Positions 8,968 to 21,595 are shown, numbered from the stretch's first letter. The stretch: 64,000 nt of DNA from Spirulina sp. (GCA_044070495.1 JBIPSI010000015.1:83215-147214); one strand, 5' to 3'. Translations and numbers: made by a program. The notes: generated from the sequence alone by a model not told the origin.

Positions 8968-10233
8968 CTAGTCGAAGCGCTCGCGAGTTCGGATCTCGTC
9001 GAGTTGGTTAAAGATGCTGGTGATGCCCAGGATGGGATTGATAATGGCTGTAGCCGCTCCGCCCAAAAGGGTGAGGAAATCGGAGGTTTGGGTGAGGCCA
9101 GAGCGCGACACCACCACGATATCGTTCTCCCGCAGGGCCGGGTTGTTTTCGTCGCTGATGCCGGAGGCCAAATCGACCGAAATGGTGCGATTGGTAACCG
9201 TGCCATCGGCATTAAGCCGGATAAAGGCGACTTCGCCAGTCTGGGCACGGGGATCATCAAAGCCCCCCGCCGCCAAAATGGCCTGGTTTAGGGTCGCGTT
9301 GGGGCGAATGGTAACTCGGCCTGGGGCGCGTACCTCACCCACCACATCCACTTCCACCAGGTTGGGGGAGAAGTTGGCATCGGCCAGGGCTTGGGCTTCC
9401 TCAGGGTTGAGGGCCGATGCCGTGGGTACAACTACGGTATCCCCGTCCCGCAGCAGCAGGTTTTGGGCTTGGCTACCGTCCTCTAGGAGAGCAAAGAAGT
9501 CAATGGGAATGACTTGATCGGGGCCATTCAACTGGGGACGACGTACCTCAATATTGCGAATGTTGGCCAGTTGGGTAATGCCCCCTGCCGCTTGAATCGC
9601 CTGCACCACCGTACGCAGTTCGTTAGGGTTGGGCTGAATGCCGTCAGGGGCTTGCCCTGGGCCTGTGGTGTAGGCCCCCGGTCGCCGCACTTCACCCACC
9701 ACCGCCACCCGCATGGGACGAGGGGTAAACAGGGTTAACGTCACCTCCGGCTCACGGATGAATTCGGAATAACGCTGCTCCACCGCCTGGGATGCCTCCG
9801 TCAGGTCTAATCCCCGCACAGATACCCGTCCAATCCAGGGCAGGTTGATGGTGCCGTCTACTAGGACGTTGTACAGGTTGTCGGAGACGAGGCGGTTACC
9901 GCTTTGGTCGTTGGTTAACTCTGGCACATTAAAAATATCGAAGCGCACCACATCCCCTGGCCCCAGAACGTAGGCATCGTTATCGGCTTCGTTAATCAGA
10001 GCGGCATTGTTGGGCCAAGGCGATGGGGTGCCAAAGGCAGGATCCGTAGGGGAGAAGGGCTGGGAGTCTGCCGCTGAGTTGGCGGGGGAAAGGGGCTGGG
10101 AATCGGCGTTGGCAAAATCGGGAGACTCATGGGTTAGCCCCTGGGCCAACAGCGGCGTGGCATAGCTCGATAGCAGCCCCAGGGCAATCAAAGAACTCAG
10201 TGCGGCACGATAGGTAGAAAACATAGCAACCAT
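8968..10233 (-). CDS. Polysaccharide export protein (Wza/Poly_export with SLBB domains)
   Basis: Signal peptide, YVLGPGD, DGTINLPWIG, repeated VVGEVRRPG/AGG SLBB motifs. Confidence 0.88.
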   Translation of the reverse strand: MVAMFSTYRAALSSLIALGLLSSYATPLLAQGLTHESPDFANADSQPLSPANSAADSQPFSPTDPAFGTPSPWPNNAALINEADNDAYVLGPGDVVRFDIFNVPELTNDQSGNRLVSDNLYNVLVDGTINLPWIGRVSVRGLDLTEASQAVEQRYSEFIREPEVTLTLFTPRPMRVAVVGEVRRPGAYTTGPGQAPDGIQPNPNELRTVVQAIQAAGGITQLANIRNIEVRRPQLNGPDQVIPIDFFALLEDGSQAQNLLLRDGDTVVVPTASALNPEEAQALADANFSPNLVEVDVVGEVRAPGRVTIRPNATLNQAILAAGGFDDPRAQTGEVAFIRLNADGTVTNRTISVDLASGISDENNPALRENDIVVVSRSGLTQTSDFLTLLGGAATAIINPILGITSIFNQLDEIRTRERFD

Positions 10234-10598
10234 TTGAATAACGCTCTAAACACCACAAGTTAAGGACTAGAGACCGGTGCAGATCTAGCAAGCCTGTCTT
10301 AGTAAAACCCATTTGTTTTCTGGGGCAACCTCCCGGTCTAACGTCAACGTTGAATAGCTCTAGAATCAGCGTGGTCAGAGGCGGTGACCATCGCCCCTGG
10401 GTTACCGATTTGCACCGCCCCAGGCTCCCTGAAACCCGACCAACTCCGCCAAGGTGCCCAATCCCCTGGCAATGGAGGTTACGCCTTGGTCAAACAAGCT
10501 TTGCCCAGGGGCCATTTGAGGGGGTCTGTCACCACGCCGATACCGAGGCCTAAGAACGCATCTCGAAGCATCCTAGGCGATTTTGGCCGAGAAATCAC

Positions 10599-11588
10599 TT
10601 AGTTAAACTTGTAGTAAACATTATCTTTATGAAAAAGCGCCTGAATGCGACGGCTTAGGATGCCGGGAAAGCGCTGGAACAACACGGCGATAAACCCAGG
10701 GTAAGCGGAAACCTGGCCTAGGGCTTGGGCGTACTTCTTGCCTTTAAGGGGTTCAACCACGCTGTAGTAGTCTCGATATTTAGCCGTTTCCCTGAGTTTG
10801 AAGGCCAGAGCCTTGGCCAGATTGGGATGGCTGGCCAAGTACGATTGGTGCTCCGCCATGAAGCGGGTAATCGCCTCACATTCCTGGTCAAGGCGTAGGG
10901 TAATTTTCGTGCTGGAGGTCAGGGCTCCTTCGCGGCAACGATAGTAGTAGTAGGGCTTTGGCAGCAGCCAAAAATTGGCTCCATTGACGAGACAGTCGAG
11001 GGCAATCCAAAAGTCTTGACTGACGATAATTTCAGGCCGGTAGGCCACGCTGTGATCGCAGAGAAACTGGCGCTTAAATATGGGTTTACTAAAGCCTAGC
11101 TTTAGCCCTCTCTGGCTTTCCACATCAGACTTTACGAAGTCTACCGGGCGGACATAGATGGGCTGGGTGCAAGTCGTTCCGCCCCAAGCCAGCAGCGTGG
11201 TTCTGGGTTGATTATGGCCATCCTCCACGATATAAAGATCGTCGGCGACCATGTCGGCCCCTTGGGCTTGGGCAAGGTTAACGAGGCGCTCCAAACGACC
11301 GGGAGCATACCAATCATCGGAATCAAGCACCGCCACCCAATCGCCGTGGGACTCCCGGATGGCTCGATTGCGGGAGGCTCCAGCCCCCATATTGTGGTCA
11401 TTCTTAAACAGCTTTACCCGATTATCGGTAATTGACCTCACCACGGAGACGGTTTTATCGGTGGATCCATCATCCACCACCACCACCTCAAAGTTCTGCC
11501 AGGTTTGATCGAGAACGGATCGGATCGCTTTCTCAATGTAGGCCTCGGTATTGTAGGCCGGGATGATCACCGATACGACTGGATTCAT
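10599..11588 (-). CDS. Glycosyltransferase family 2
   Basis: VSVIIPAYN, VVDDGSTD, VLDSDD. Confidence 0.9.
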   Translation of the reverse strand: MNPVVSVIIPAYNTEAYIEKAIRSVLDQTWQNFEVVVVDDGSTDKTVSVVRSITDNRVKLFKNDHNMGAGASRNRAIRESHGDWVAVLDSDDWYAPGRLERLVNLAQAQGADMVADDLYIVEDGHNQPRTTLLAWGGTTCTQPIYVRPVDFVKSDVESQRGLKLGFSKPIFKRQFLCDHSVAYRPEIIVSQDFWIALDCLVNGANFWLLPKPYYYYRCREGALTSSTKITLRLDQECEAITRFMAEHQSYLASHPNLAKALAFKLRETAKYRDYYSVVEPLKGKKYAQALGQVSAYPGFIAVLFQRFPGILSRRIQALFHKDNVYYKFN

Positions 11589-12105
11589 GGTTGGTACACC
11601 CTAGGTTCGGGGAACAATTATCGATACCGGAACTGGTCACCAGATGGAACTTCCATAGGCCGTTTGGTCATCACCCTAGCGCTATTTTGGCCCAGTGCCT
11701 ACTATCTTAGGGACGACATGGTTGTTCCTAAGTGGTGTGCCCTGTGTTTACAGGTCTTGATTTAATCGTTGTGTTTTTAGTGGTGGGGCTGATTTTCTAC
11801 GCTACCAGTGCCGATGGGGGTGGGTCGGAATTCAAGCCAGAACCCCTGACCTGGATGGTGGTGGTGGTGGTGGTGGGCATGATTTTGATGTCGTTGATGT
11901 GATGCGGTGGTGGGGATGGGGCGCAGGGGGTGGCTTGAAGTTATGACAAAGCCTTAAGTTTATTGAAAAAAACAATGGGTCGTTGGCCAAGGGTGGGCTT
12001 TCCAGTACAATTGCGTCCCAAAAGCCACGCAGTTGTCCACACCCTGCTCCCGCAGCGGACTTGACAGGATAAAGCCCTTTACCTTACCCCCGTTAGGACG
12101 TTCCT

Positions 12106-13008
12106 ATGACCTCCGTTGTCCCCCGCCCCACGGATGACTCCCGCCTGAACCAACTGCCCGAGTCGGTACGGGCACACCTGCAAGAGCGCTTCCAGCTTGT
12201 GGTTCCGGCCTCGACGACTGCGACGCCCCCCCGACTTTCCCACCCTCACCCGTCTGCCCCTGTGCCCCCACGCCCCGCCAGCCCAAAAGCCAAGCCCCAT
12301 TCCCACCCCGCGACCGCCGGGGATGCCAAGGCTCCGGCCTCGGCCATAGTTAGCCTAGATAGGGTAGAAAAAATTTATCCCAACGGCAGTACAGCCCTCA
12401 CCGACGTGAGTTTAACGGTGAACCAGGGCGACTTTTTGTTTGTGACGGGGCCATCGGGATCGGGAAAATCCACTCTCCTGAAACTTCTCTACGGCTACGA
12501 GCGCCCCACGAGCGGGGAAATTTTGGTGGCCAACGAACCTATCGCCAAGCTGCGGGGCAACCAACTGGCGATGATGCGTCGCCGCATTGGGGTAGTGTTT
12601 CAAGACTACAAACTGATCCCTCGCCGCACCGTGGCCGAAAACGTGGCCTTTGTGCTGTGGGCGCAGGGCTTCACCCGCAAGGAGGTGCATCGCCGCCTGT
12701 GGCCAGCCCTGAAAATGGTGGGGCTGCAAAACAAAGCCCAGTGCTTCCCGGAGGAGCTTTCCGGGGGCGAACAACAGCGGGTTAGCATTGCCCGCGCCGT
12801 CGTCAACACACCGCCCCTGTTGCTGGCCGACGAACCCACCGGAAACCTGGATGCCGACAACTCCCTCCAGGTGATCAAGATCCTCAAAAAGCTCAACTCC
12901 ATTGGCATCACCGTCATCGTTACCACCCACGACGAGCAGTTGGTGCGGATCTCCAACCACCCCGTCGTCCAAATCAAAAACGGTCGCCTGCACCACCTAG
13001 TTCGTTAG
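12106..13008 (+). CDS. ftsE: Cell division ATP-binding protein FtsE with Pro-rich N-terminal extension
   Basis: [50 protein letters not shown]. Confidence 0.85.
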   Translation: MTSVVPRPTDDSRLNQLPESVRAHLQERFQLVVPASTTATPPRLSHPHPSAPVPPRPASPKAKPHSHPATAGDAKAPASAIVSLDRVEKIYPNGSTALTDVSLTVNQGDFLFVTGPSGSGKSTLLKLLYGYERPTSGEILVANEPIAKLRGNQLAMMRRRIGVVFQDYKLIPRRTVAENVAFVLWAQGFTRKEVHRRLWPALKMVGLQNKAQCFPEELSGGEQQRVSIARAVVNTPPLLLADEPTGNLDADNSLQVIKILKKLNSIGITVIVTTHDEQLVRISNHPVVQIKNGRLHHLVR

Positions 13009-13179
13009 CCTAGGAATCTATCGAAGCACCCAACCTACTCGCCTTGGTTCCGTCAACGCAACATTCCGTAACATCTGCGGGCGTGCCCTCGCCAATCAAT
13101 AGGATAATGATCAGAGCCAAATCCAGGTGGTGTTTGTGGCCTGGATGCTTACGTTTTAGGTATCTGCGAGGAAAGTGCT

Positions 13180-14481
13180 TTGGTCAGTACAGCCCCATTA
13201 AAAACATCGAAATCCCAAGAGATTTTCACCGCCGCCCAAAACCTGATGCCGGGGGGAGTTAGTTCTCCGGTGCGGGCCTTCAAGTCGGTGGGGGGTCAGC
13301 CCATTGTCTTCGACCGGGTCAAGGGGGCGTACATCTGGGATGTGGACGGCAACCAATATATCGACTACGTGGGCACCTGGGGGCCTGCCATTTGCGGCCA
13401 TGCCCACCCCGAAGTGCTCTCAGCCCTGGCGGCGGCGCTAGAAAAGGGCACCAGCTTTGGCGCACCCTGCTATCTCGAAAACGTGCTGGCCGAGATGGTG
13501 ATCCAGGCCGTGCCCAGCATTGAAATGGTGCGCTTTGTGAACTCCGGCACCGAAGCCTGTATGGCGGTGCTGCGCTTGATGCGGGCCTACACCCAGCGCA
13601 ACAAAATTATTAAATTCTCCGGCTGCTACCACGGCCACGCCGATATGTTCCTGGTTCAGGCTGGATCAGGCGTTGCGACGCTGGGCCTACCCGATTCCCC
13701 CGGTGTACCCAAGGCCGCAACTAGCGACACCCTGACGGCTCCCTACAACGATCTCGAAGCGGTGAAAGCCCTGTTTGCCCAAAACCCAGGGGAAATTGCC
13801 GGGGTGATTTTGGAACCCGTGGTGGGTAATGCGGGCTTTATTACCCCCGATGCGGGCTTCCTAGAGGGGCTGCGCGACATCACCCGCGAAAATGATGCCC
13901 TGCTGGTGTTTGACGAAGTGATGACCGGGTTCCGCATTTCCTACGGTGGTGCCCAGGCCAAGTTCAACGTCACCCCCGACCTCACCACCATGGGTAAGGT
14001 AATCGGCGGCGGTCTGCCCGTAGGGGCCTACGGTGGTCGGCGCGAAATCATGGAAATGGTGGCCCCCGCTGGCCCGGTGTACCAGGCGGGTACCCTTTCC
14101 GGCAACCCCCTAGCCATGACCGCCGGGATCAAAACCCTGGAACTGCTCCAGCGCCCCGGCACCTACGAGGAACTGGAACGCCTCACCGCCAAGCTCAGCG
14201 AAGGTCTGCTGCAAGCGGCCCGTGAAGCAGGTCACGAAGTCTGCGGCGGCCACATCAGCGCTATGTTCGGCATGTTCTTCCACCCCGGCCCCATCACCCG
14301 CTACGAAGAGGCCAAGCTGGCCGACCTAGACAAGTTCAGCCGCTTCCACCGGGCCATGCTGGAGCGTGGGGTCTACCTCGCCCCCTCCCAGTTCGAGGCC
14401 GGATTCACCTCCCTGGCCCACACCGACGCCGACATCGAGGCCACCCTCGCCGCCGCCCGCGACGTGTTCGCCACCCTGTAG
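13180..14481 (+). CDS. hemL: Glutamate-1-semialdehyde 2,1-aminomutase
   Basis: [44 protein letters not shown]. Confidence 0.97.
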   Translation: MVSTAPLKTSKSQEIFTAAQNLMPGGVSSPVRAFKSVGGQPIVFDRVKGAYIWDVDGNQYIDYVGTWGPAICGHAHPEVLSALAAALEKGTSFGAPCYLENVLAEMVIQAVPSIEMVRFVNSGTEACMAVLRLMRAYTQRNKIIKFSGCYHGHADMFLVQAGSGVATLGLPDSPGVPKAATSDTLTAPYNDLEAVKALFAQNPGEIAGVILEPVVGNAGFITPDAGFLEGLRDITRENDALLVFDEVMTGFRISYGGAQAKFNVTPDLTTMGKVIGGGLPVGAYGGRREIMEMVAPAGPVYQAGTLSGNPLAMTAGIKTLELLQRPGTYEELERLTAKLSEGLLQAAREAGHEVCGGHISAMFGMFFHPGPITRYEEAKLADLDKFSRFHRAMLERGVYLAPSQFEAGFTSLAHTDADIEATLAAARDVFATL

Positions 14482-14500
14482 GGGCGGTTAGGTGTTGGAG

Positions 14501-14672
14501 ATCCCCCCTGCTCCCCTTGGGAAGGGGGCTGGTTCTTGGGTGCTTCTCAAAGTCCCCCTTCCTAAAGGGGCGACTCACGGTCACATCTCAAAGTCCCCCT
14601 TTGCAAGGGGGATTTAGGGGGATCTCCGCTTCTCAAAGTCCCCCTTTGCAAGGGGGATTTAGGGGGATCTCC
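14501..14672. repeat. Cluster of cyanobacterial CCCCCTT-N-AAGGGGG palindromic repeats
   Basis: TCTCAAAGTCCCCCTTTGCAAGGGGGATTTAGGGGGATCTCC twice in tandem plus degenerate copies. Confidence 0.8.
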
Positions 14673-14718
14673 AACGTCTGATGGCTCAATTCAATCTCTC
14701 GTACCCACCCCTAATCAC

Positions 14719-16263
14719 ATGGCTCCCTCTGACCCCACGGCTTCGGGCCTTTCCCTCAAGCGTTTGGCCCTGATTGTTGTGACAGCCCTGGTGTCTCTGG
14801 TGCTGGCACAGTCGCTATTGAATAGTCTGACCGAACCCCAGGTGGCCAGTCAGCTTCAGCTTTACCAAACCGATCTACTGCTGGAAAGTAGTGCCTGGGA
14901 CGGAGCCGGATTGCCCCCCGACCAATGGCCTATGCTGCGCCAGGGCTTGCTGGGGAACAATCCCATCGCCACCGCCCAAAAGCAGTACGAATCTGTGCGG
15001 GAGGAGGCCGCCACCCTGGCCCAGGAGGCTACACCCATTCCGGCCAACCTGGGGGAATCGGCCAACGACGGCAAACCCCTGCCCCGCCGCCAACAAAACG
15101 CCCTAGACCAACAGCAAACTCTGATCGCAGAACTGGATCTGCGTCTGGGGTTAATGGAAGCATCTCAGGACAACCTCCCTGCCGCCCTAGATCGCTGGAG
15201 CCAAGTGCGAGACAGTGAAACTGCTCCCGATACGCTCATCCGCACCGCCAACACCCTTACCCGCCTATGGCAGGAGGAAACCGCCCTGCCCGAAGACGAG
15301 GCTTGGCTGCGGCAATCTCTAAAAGGCTGGTTTGCCACCCGTGCCCTAGAACAGCTCTATCGCGTTGAAAACCGATCAGGGGATCGCCAGCAACTGCTTG
15401 ACCAAGAGCAAACCACCGCTCAAGATCAACTGGTGAAGCTGGCCCTAGTGGGCACTCTTCCCGCCCTAGGATCCGTCCTGGGAATTGGGATTATCCTGGG
15501 CCTGGGCTTTCAGTGGTTCCTCAAGGGTGAGCGATCCCTCCTGCGCCGCCCCGCCAGCCCGGAGTGGGAGATTCCCTGGGACGGCGAAACCATCTGGCAA
15601 GTCCTCATCGTGGGCTTTTTCTTTGTCGGCCAAATTCTGCTGCCCCTGCTGCTGGGCGGTTTGGGCCTTAGTGGTGCCGCCCTCAGCAGTCGCGGACGAG
15701 CGATTTTTTCCCTCAGTTACTACCTGCTGATGGCGGCCGGGGGCCTAGGGGTGCTGTGGCTGTCGGTGCGGCCCTATCGTCCTCTGTCTGAGGGGCTGTT
15801 TCGGATTCGGCTCTCCCTCCCCGGCCTGCTCTGGGGCATGGGCGGCTATCTCGTCGCCCTACCGTTGATGCTGCTGGTGGCCCTGGTGAACCAGCAAATC
15901 TGGCAAGGCCAGGGAGGCAGCAATCCCCTCCTGCAAACGGTACTGGAAGAACAAGATCCCGTCGCCCTAATTGTCTTCTTTGTCACCGCCGCCATTGCTG
16001 CCCCGCTGTTTGAGGAAACCCTGTTTCGCGGCTTTTTGCTACCATCTCTAACCAAATATATGACCGTGGGCTGGGCCGTTGGACTGAGTGGCCTCATCTT
16101 CGCCGCCGCCCACCTTAGCCTCTCGGAGGTATTGCCCCTGACGCTGCTGGGCTGCATTTTAGGGGGCGTCTACAGCCGATCCCGCAACCTGCTCTCCCCC
16201 ATGGTGCTGCACAGCCTTTGGAATAGCGCCACCATGCTAGGGCTGTTTATCCTAGGCGGCTAG
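14719..16263 (+). CDS. CPBP/CAAX (Abi) family intramembrane metalloprotease
   Basis: APLFEETLFRG, FAAAH, HSLWN motifs; multiple TM helices. Confidence 0.9.
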   Translation: MAPSDPTASGLSLKRLALIVVTALVSLVLAQSLLNSLTEPQVASQLQLYQTDLLLESSAWDGAGLPPDQWPMLRQGLLGNNPIATAQKQYESVREEAATLAQEATPIPANLGESANDGKPLPRRQQNALDQQQTLIAELDLRLGLMEASQDNLPAALDRWSQVRDSETAPDTLIRTANTLTRLWQEETALPEDEAWLRQSLKGWFATRALEQLYRVENRSGDRQQLLDQEQTTAQDQLVKLALVGTLPALGSVLGIGIILGLGFQWFLKGERSLLRRPASPEWEIPWDGETIWQVLIVGFFFVGQILLPLLLGGLGLSGAALSSRGRAIFSLSYYLLMAAGGLGVLWLSVRPYRPLSEGLFRIRLSLPGLLWGMGGYLVALPLMLLVALVNQQIWQGQGGSNPLLQTVLEEQDPVALIVFFVTAAIAAPLFEETLFRGFLLPSLTKYMTVGWAVGLSGLIFAAAHLSLSEVLPLTLLGCILGGVYSRSRNLLSPMVLHSLWNSATMLGLFILGG

Positions 16264-16334
16264 CACCACCGCCAGGATTTCGCCATAGATACCAAACTCT
16301 AAGCCCACCTTTGCTATACTAATAAACCAAAGGT

Positions 16335-16406
<72 letters not shown>

Positions 16407-16463
16407 TTGATAGTCATGTAATTGTCTGAAGCTTTCCTAAAGGCTCAATTGGGTTACTAAGAC

Positions 16464-16592
16464 CTGGTTGACTGACAGAGCTTACCAAAACCCAGATCCG
16501 TCAGCGAGCTAGGGGATCCTGCCTCCTACATGATCCAAATGCCGTAGGGGCATGGTTGCCGTGCCCAGCGCAATCTTTGGTTAGTCAACCAG
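16464..16592. mobile_element. 129-bp MITE-like element, copy 2
   Basis: TIRs CTGGTTGACTGAC/GTTAGTCAACCAG; internal AACCCAGAT...CCTACATGA...GTAGGGGC shared with 8710-8838. Confidence 0.7.
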
Positions 16593-16824
16593 AATCCATC
16601 CTGTGGACTGACTGCCCTAGCGTCTAGGTCAAGCCTCGGATCATTTAGGGGCTACTGTTTCTGCTGTGAAAAGCTTTAGCGTCATAGCGCTAGCTCATTC
16701 AGCGGGGTGTGACGGCAACCCGCATGGAGATCGGGGGGAACACCGATCCTGTTAACAATCCCTAACTTTCTACAATGCAACCATAGTGAATTTTGTAGAA
16801 AAACACCTAGCCGGAGCAATTCCT

Positions 16825-19440
16825 ATGCAACCTACCCAAGGTCAATTTACGGAAAAAGCCTGGGAAGCGATTATCCAGTCCCAGGATCTGACCAAACAGT
16901 CTCAGCATCAGCAGATTGAGAGCGAACATTTACTGCTGGCCTTGCTGAATCAAGAAGGACTCGCTGCCAGCATTTTTACCAAGCTGGGGGCCGATGTGTC
17001 GCGCCTGCGGGAACGCGCCGAAGCCTTTATCAACAGTCAGCCTAAGGTTTCTGGGGCCGGATCCTCGGTGTATTTGGGCAAATCCCTAGACAGTCTGTTA
17101 GATCGGGCCGATACTTACAAAAAAGACTACGGCGACGAGTTTATTTCCATCGAGCACTTGATTTTGGCCTACGCCAACGATTCGCGTTTTGGCAAGGGGC
17201 TATTTCAAGAACTGGGCATTACCGAAGCTAACTTAAAACAAGCGATCCAATCCATTCGAGGCACCCAAAAAGTGACCGACCAAAACCCTGAAGGCAAATA
17301 TCAATCCCTGGAGAAATACGGGCGCGACCTGACGGAAGCCGCCAGCCAGGGCAAACTCGACCCGGTGATTGGCCGCGATGATGAAATTCGCCGCACCATC
17401 CAAATTCTCTCCCGCCGCACCAAAAATAACCCGGTGCTAATTGGGGAACCTGGCGTGGGCAAAACCGCCATTGCCGAAGGATTGGCCCAGCGGATTGTAA
17501 AGGGTGATGTGCCGGAATCGCTACAAAACCGCAAGCTGATTACCCTGGATATGGGGTCGCTAATTGCCGGGGCCAAATACCGGGGTGAATTTGAAGAACG
17601 GCTGAAAGCGGTACTAAAAGAGGTCACTGATTCCGCCGGACAAATTATTCTCTTTATCGACGAAATTCACACCGTCGTTGGGGCTGGGGCCACCCAGGGG
17701 GCAATGGATGCGGGTAACCTGCTGAAGCCCATGCTGGCGCGGGGCGAACTGCGCTGTATTGGCGCAACCACGCTGGATGAGTACCGCAAATACATCGAAA
17801 AAGATGCCGCCCTAGAACGACGTTTCCAGCAGGTTTATGTGGATCAGCCCAGCGTGGAGGATACCATCTCCATTCTGCGGGGGCTGAAGGATCGCTACGA
17901 AACCCACCACAACGTCAAAATTTCCGACAGCGCCCTAGTGGCCGCTGCGACCCTTTCTACGCGGTATATTTCTGACCGATTTTTGCCGGATAAAGCTATC
18001 GATCTAGTCGATGAAGCCGCCGCCAAACTGAAGATGGAGGTCACCTCTAAACCTGAGGAACTGGACGAGGTGGATCGCAAGATCTTGCAACTAGAAATGG
18101 AGCGGCTATCTCTCCAAAAGGAAAGCGACAATGCCTCTAAGGAACGGCTGGATCGCCTAGATCGGGAACTGGCCGACCTGAAGGAACAGCAAACCACCTT
18201 CAATGCCCTCTGGCAGTCGGAAAAGGACATGCTGGAAGAGCGCAAGGCGGTGAAAAGCAAGATCGATCAGGTGGAGGTGGAAATCCAGCAGGCGGAACGC
18301 GCCTATGACCTGAACAAAGCCGCCGAATTGAAGTACGGCAAATTGACGGAACTGCAACGCCAATTGGAAGCCGCCGAGCAGAAAATGGCGGAGATGCAGG
18401 AGTCTGGTCGTTCCCTCACCCGTGAAGAGGTGATTGAGTCGGACATTGCCGAGATTATCTCCAAATGGACGGGCATTCCGGTTAGCAAATTGGTGCAGTC
18501 GGAAATGCAGAAACTGCTGCTGCTGGAGGACGAACTCCATCAGCGGGTGGTGGGTCAAGACGAGGCCGTCACCGCCGTGGCCGATGCCATCCAGCGTTCC
18601 CGGGCCGGACTGGCCGACCCCAACCGTCCCATCGCCAGCTTCATTTTCCTTGGCCCCACCGGGGTCGGCAAAACCGAGCTAGCCAAAGCCCTCGCCGCCT
18701 ACCTGTTCGACACCGAAGAGGCCATGGTGCGCATCGATATGTCCGAATATATGGAGAAGCACGCCGTTTCTCGGTTAATTGGGGCACCTCCCGGCTACGT
18801 GGGCTACGACGAAGGGGGCCAACTGACAGAGGCCATCCGCCGCCGCCCCTTTGCGGTAATTCTGTTCGACGAAATCGAAAAAGCCCACCCCGACGTGTTC
18901 AACGTCATGCTGCAAATTTTGGATGATGGCCGCGTCACCGATGCCCAGGGCCGCACGGTGGACTTCAAAAACACCATCATCATCATGACCAGCAACATCG
19001 GATCCCAGTACATCCTGGATCTGGCGGGCGAAGATGAGCAGTACGACGAAATGAAATCCCGCGTCATGGAAGCTCTGCGCGGCAACTTCCGGCCCGAATT
19101 CCTCAACCGGGTGGATGAGATGATCATCTTCCACGGGCTGCGGAAATCCCAACTGCGGGAGATCGTCAAGCTGCAAGTGGTGCGGTTGGAACAGCGCTTG
19201 GCCGACCGCAAGATGGCCGTCAAACTCTCGGAAGCCGCCCTCGACTTCCTGGCCGAAGTGGGCTACGACCCCGTCTACGGTGCCCGTCCCCTGAAGCGGG
19301 CGATCCAGCGGGAACTGGAAACCCAGATCGCCAAATCCATCCTGCGGGGCGAATTTGGCGAAGGCGACACCATCTTCGTGGATGTAGAGAACGAGCGGCT
19401 CTCCTTCAAGCGTCTGCCCGCCGAACTGGTGACCACCTAG
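16825..19440 (+). CDS. clpB: ATP-dependent chaperone ClpB
   Basis: Two AAA+ modules ([16 protein letters not shown]), middle coiled-coil, [10 protein letters not shown]. Confidence 0.97.
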   Translation: MQPTQGQFTEKAWEAIIQSQDLTKQSQHQQIESEHLLLALLNQEGLAASIFTKLGADVSRLRERAEAFINSQPKVSGAGSSVYLGKSLDSLLDRADTYKKDYGDEFISIEHLILAYANDSRFGKGLFQELGITEANLKQAIQSIRGTQKVTDQNPEGKYQSLEKYGRDLTEAASQGKLDPVIGRDDEIRRTIQILSRRTKNNPVLIGEPGVGKTAIAEGLAQRIVKGDVPESLQNRKLITLDMGSLIAGAKYRGEFEERLKAVLKEVTDSAGQIILFIDEIHTVVGAGATQGAMDAGNLLKPMLARGELRCIGATTLDEYRKYIEKDAALERRFQQVYVDQPSVEDTISILRGLKDRYETHHNVKISDSALVAAATLSTRYISDRFLPDKAIDLVDEAAAKLKMEVTSKPEELDEVDRKILQLEMERLSLQKESDNASKERLDRLDRELADLKEQQTTFNALWQSEKDMLEERKAVKSKIDQVEVEIQQAERAYDLNKAAELKYGKLTELQRQLEAAEQKMAEMQESGRSLTREEVIESDIAEIISKWTGIPVSKLVQSEMQKLLLLEDELHQRVVGQDEAVTAVADAIQRSRAGLADPNRPIASFIFLGPTGVGKTELAKALAAYLFDTEEAMVRIDMSEYMEKHAVSRLIGAPPGYVGYDEGGQLTEAIRRRPFAVILFDEIEKAHPDVFNVMLQILDDGRVTDAQGRTVDFKNTIIIMTSNIGSQYILDLAGEDEQYDEMKSRVMEALRGNFRPEFLNRVDEMIIFHGLRKSQLREIVKLQVVRLEQRLADRKMAVKLSEAALDFLAEVGYDPVYGARPLKRAIQRELETQIAKSILRGEFGEGDTIFVDVENERLSFKRLPAELVTT

Positions 19441-19458
19441 GCACGATCCTGTGTCTTT

Positions 19459-19580
19459 AGATCCCAGGGTTCTATCAGGTGTTGTGACCCTAGGTTCATG
19501 CCCTGCATCAAGAACCCTGGGATCTTGCGTCAGGTGTTGTGACCCTAGGTTTATGCCCTGCATCAAGAACCCTGGGATCT
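19459..19580. repeat. Two ~51-bp direct repeats (period 55) bracketed by a 15-bp inverted repeat
   Basis: TCAGGTGTTGTGACCCTAGGTTYATGCCCTGCATCAAGAACCCTGGGATCT at 19475 and 19530; AGATCCCAGGGTTCT at 19459. Confidence 0.85.
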
Positions 19581-19619
19581 CTGTACTGGGCTGTGCTACC
19601 CTAGTAAAGTTGTCAAAAT

Positions 19620-19690
19620 CGCACATCCGAAATTTCGGGTCTCCCAACTTGGGAGCAGATTCGGATGGTGGCTAAACCCGAAAGGAGAAA
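19620..19690 (+). promoter_or_regulatory. Structured rpsB leader (S2 autoregulatory/t44-like)
   Basis: CATCCGAA...TTCGGATG stem, TTCGGGT/ACCCGAA pairing, directly before the rpsB RBS. Confidence 0.55.
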
Positions 19691-19695
19691 ACCCA

Positions 19696-20475
19696 ATGCC
19701 CGTGATTACGCTCCCTGAGCTACTAGAATCTGGCGTCCATTTTGGGCACCAAACCCGTCGCTGGAACCCGAAGATGGATCAATACATCTTCACCTCCCGC
19801 AACGGCGTCCACATTATTGACCTGGTGCAAACCGCCCAGCTCATCGAAGAAGCCTACGCCTTCACCCGTTCCGCCGCTGAAAAGGGCCAAAAGTTTCTGT
19901 TCATCGGCACCAAGCGCCAAGCCGCTGGCATCGTTGCCCAAGAGGCGGCTCGTTGCGGCTCCCACTACGTGAACCAGCGCTGGCTGGGTGGGATGCTGAC
20001 CAACTGGGCTACCATCAAATCCCGTGCCGACCGCCTGAAAGAGCTGGAGCGCATGGAGGAAACCGGGGCCATTGAACTGCGCCCCAAAAAAGAGGCCGCT
20101 GTGCTGCGTCGGGAACTGGAAAAGCTGCAAAAGTATCTGGGCGGCATTAAAACCATGCGTCGCGTCCCTGATGTAGCCATCATCGTAGACATCAAGCGGG
20201 AATATAACGCCGTTTCCGAGTGCCACAAGCTGGGCATTCCCATCATCTCCCTGCTGGATACCAACTGCGACCCCGACCTGGTGGATGTGCCCATTCCCGG
20301 CAACGACGATGCCATTCGCTCCATCAAGCTGATCCTGGGCAAACTGGCCGATGCTATCTACGAAGGCTCCCACGGGGGCCAAGCCGTCAGCGACTACGAT
20401 GACGAAGACTACGATGGTGCCGAGGACGAGGACTACGGCTACGATGCCCCCTCTGCCGATAGCGACGACGCCTAG
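19696..20475 (+). CDS. rpsB: 30S ribosomal protein S2
   Basis: [29 protein letters not shown]. Confidence 0.98.
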   Translation: MPVITLPELLESGVHFGHQTRRWNPKMDQYIFTSRNGVHIIDLVQTAQLIEEAYAFTRSAAEKGQKFLFIGTKRQAAGIVAQEAARCGSHYVNQRWLGGMLTNWATIKSRADRLKELERMEETGAIELRPKKEAAVLRRELEKLQKYLGGIKTMRRVPDVAIIVDIKREYNAVSECHKLGIPIISLLDTNCDPDLVDVPIPGNDDAIRSIKLILGKLADAIYEGSHGGQAVSDYDDEDYDGAEDEDYGYDAPSADSDDA

Positions 20476-20777
20476 GATCTCCTATTCCGGCAAGATTCGG
20501 CATGGCGGATCGAATCTTGCTGGTTTAATCAACCTATCGCTCAGCCTGGAAAGGGATAGAGAGTAGGTGCGGGAGAGGCCATCTCTTCCCTCTCCCGCTA
20601 CGGTTAGCGGGTTGAACGTCTCCTTAGCCGCATGACAGTTTGAGCCGCTGGCTGGGTAGAAAAACTGACAGGAAGATTCCCCTGGGGTTTAAGCTGAGTA
20701 AGGGCAGTGCCCAGGGTTTGCATTTGCCCAGGGTTTGTATTTGATAGTTGAAGAGCGCGTTAGGACGTTAAATCACC

Positions 20778-21548
20778 ATGGCAGACATTTCTGCAAAACT
20801 GGTTAAAGAGCTGCGCGATAAGACTGGCGCAGGCATGATGGACTGCAAAAAAGCCCTGAAGGAAAACGATGGCGACATCGAAAAATCCATCGAGTGGCTG
20901 CGACAAAAGGGCATCGCCTCTGCCTCTAAGAAGGCGGGTCGGGTGGCCGCTGAGGGTATCATTGGCCAATACATCCACACTGGCGACCGCATCGGCATCC
21001 TGGTAGAAGTGAACTGCGAAACCGACTTTGTGGCCCGCCGGGAGGAATTCAGAACCCTGGTGCGCGACATTGCCATGCAAATCGCTGCCTGCCCTAATGT
21101 GGAATACGTGAAGGTGGATGAGATTCCGGCGGACATTATCGCCAAGGAAAAGTCCATCGAAATGGGCCGCGATGACTTGGCGAACAAGCCCGAAGCCATG
21201 CGCGAGAAAATTGTCGAAGGCCGCATTCAAAAGCGCCTAAAAGAGCTGGCCCTGATGGATCAGCCCTACATTAAAGACCAAAACATCTCCGTAGAAGAGC
21301 TGGTTAAGCAAACCATTTCTCAACTGGGCGAAAACATCCAGGTACGTCGCTTTGTGCGCTTTATCCTCGGCGAAGGCATCGAGAAGGAAGAGGTGGACTT
21401 TGCCGCTGAGGTAGCAGCCCAGACTGGGGCCAACAAAAAAGAAGAACCTGCCCCTGCTCCCGCCGCAGAAAAAGCTGAGGAAAAGCCCGCCGAAGCGAAG
21501 AAGGCTCCCGCAGCCTCTAGCGCCGCTAAGAAAAAGAAAAAGAAGTAG
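20778..21548 (+). CDS. tsf: Translation elongation factor Ts
   Basis: [29 protein letters not shown]; follows rpsB. Confidence 0.98.
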   Translation: MADISAKLVKELRDKTGAGMMDCKKALKENDGDIEKSIEWLRQKGIASASKKAGRVAAEGIIGQYIHTGDRIGILVEVNCETDFVARREEFRTLVRDIAMQIAACPNVEYVKVDEIPADIIAKEKSIEMGRDDLANKPEAMREKIVEGRIQKRLKELALMDQPYIKDQNISVEELVKQTISQLGENIQVRRFVRFILGEGIEKEEVDFAAEVAAQTGANKKEEPAPAPAAEKAEEKPAEAKKAPAASSAAKKKKKK

Positions 21549-21595
21549 TGTCCTCTAACGGATGAAAGCTTCATCCCAAGACTAGACACTACCCT

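Noticed and set aside
11797..11880. (GGT)n tract and 27-codon ORF MPTTTTTTIQ...
   Set aside because: Simple microsatellite; no RBS or family evidence
12106..13008. ftsE without adjacent ftsX, with a Pro-rich extension
   Set aside because: Believed to be a common arrangement in cyanobacteria
19459..19580. Mini CRISPR array
   Set aside because: Only two 51-bp units separated by 4 bp; no spacers
18775..19647. 290-aa minus-strand ORF
   Set aside because: Antisense shadow of clpB
20710..20744. 17-bp direct repeat CCCAGGGTTTG(C/T)ATTTG before tsf
   Set aside because: Single local duplication with no functional evidence
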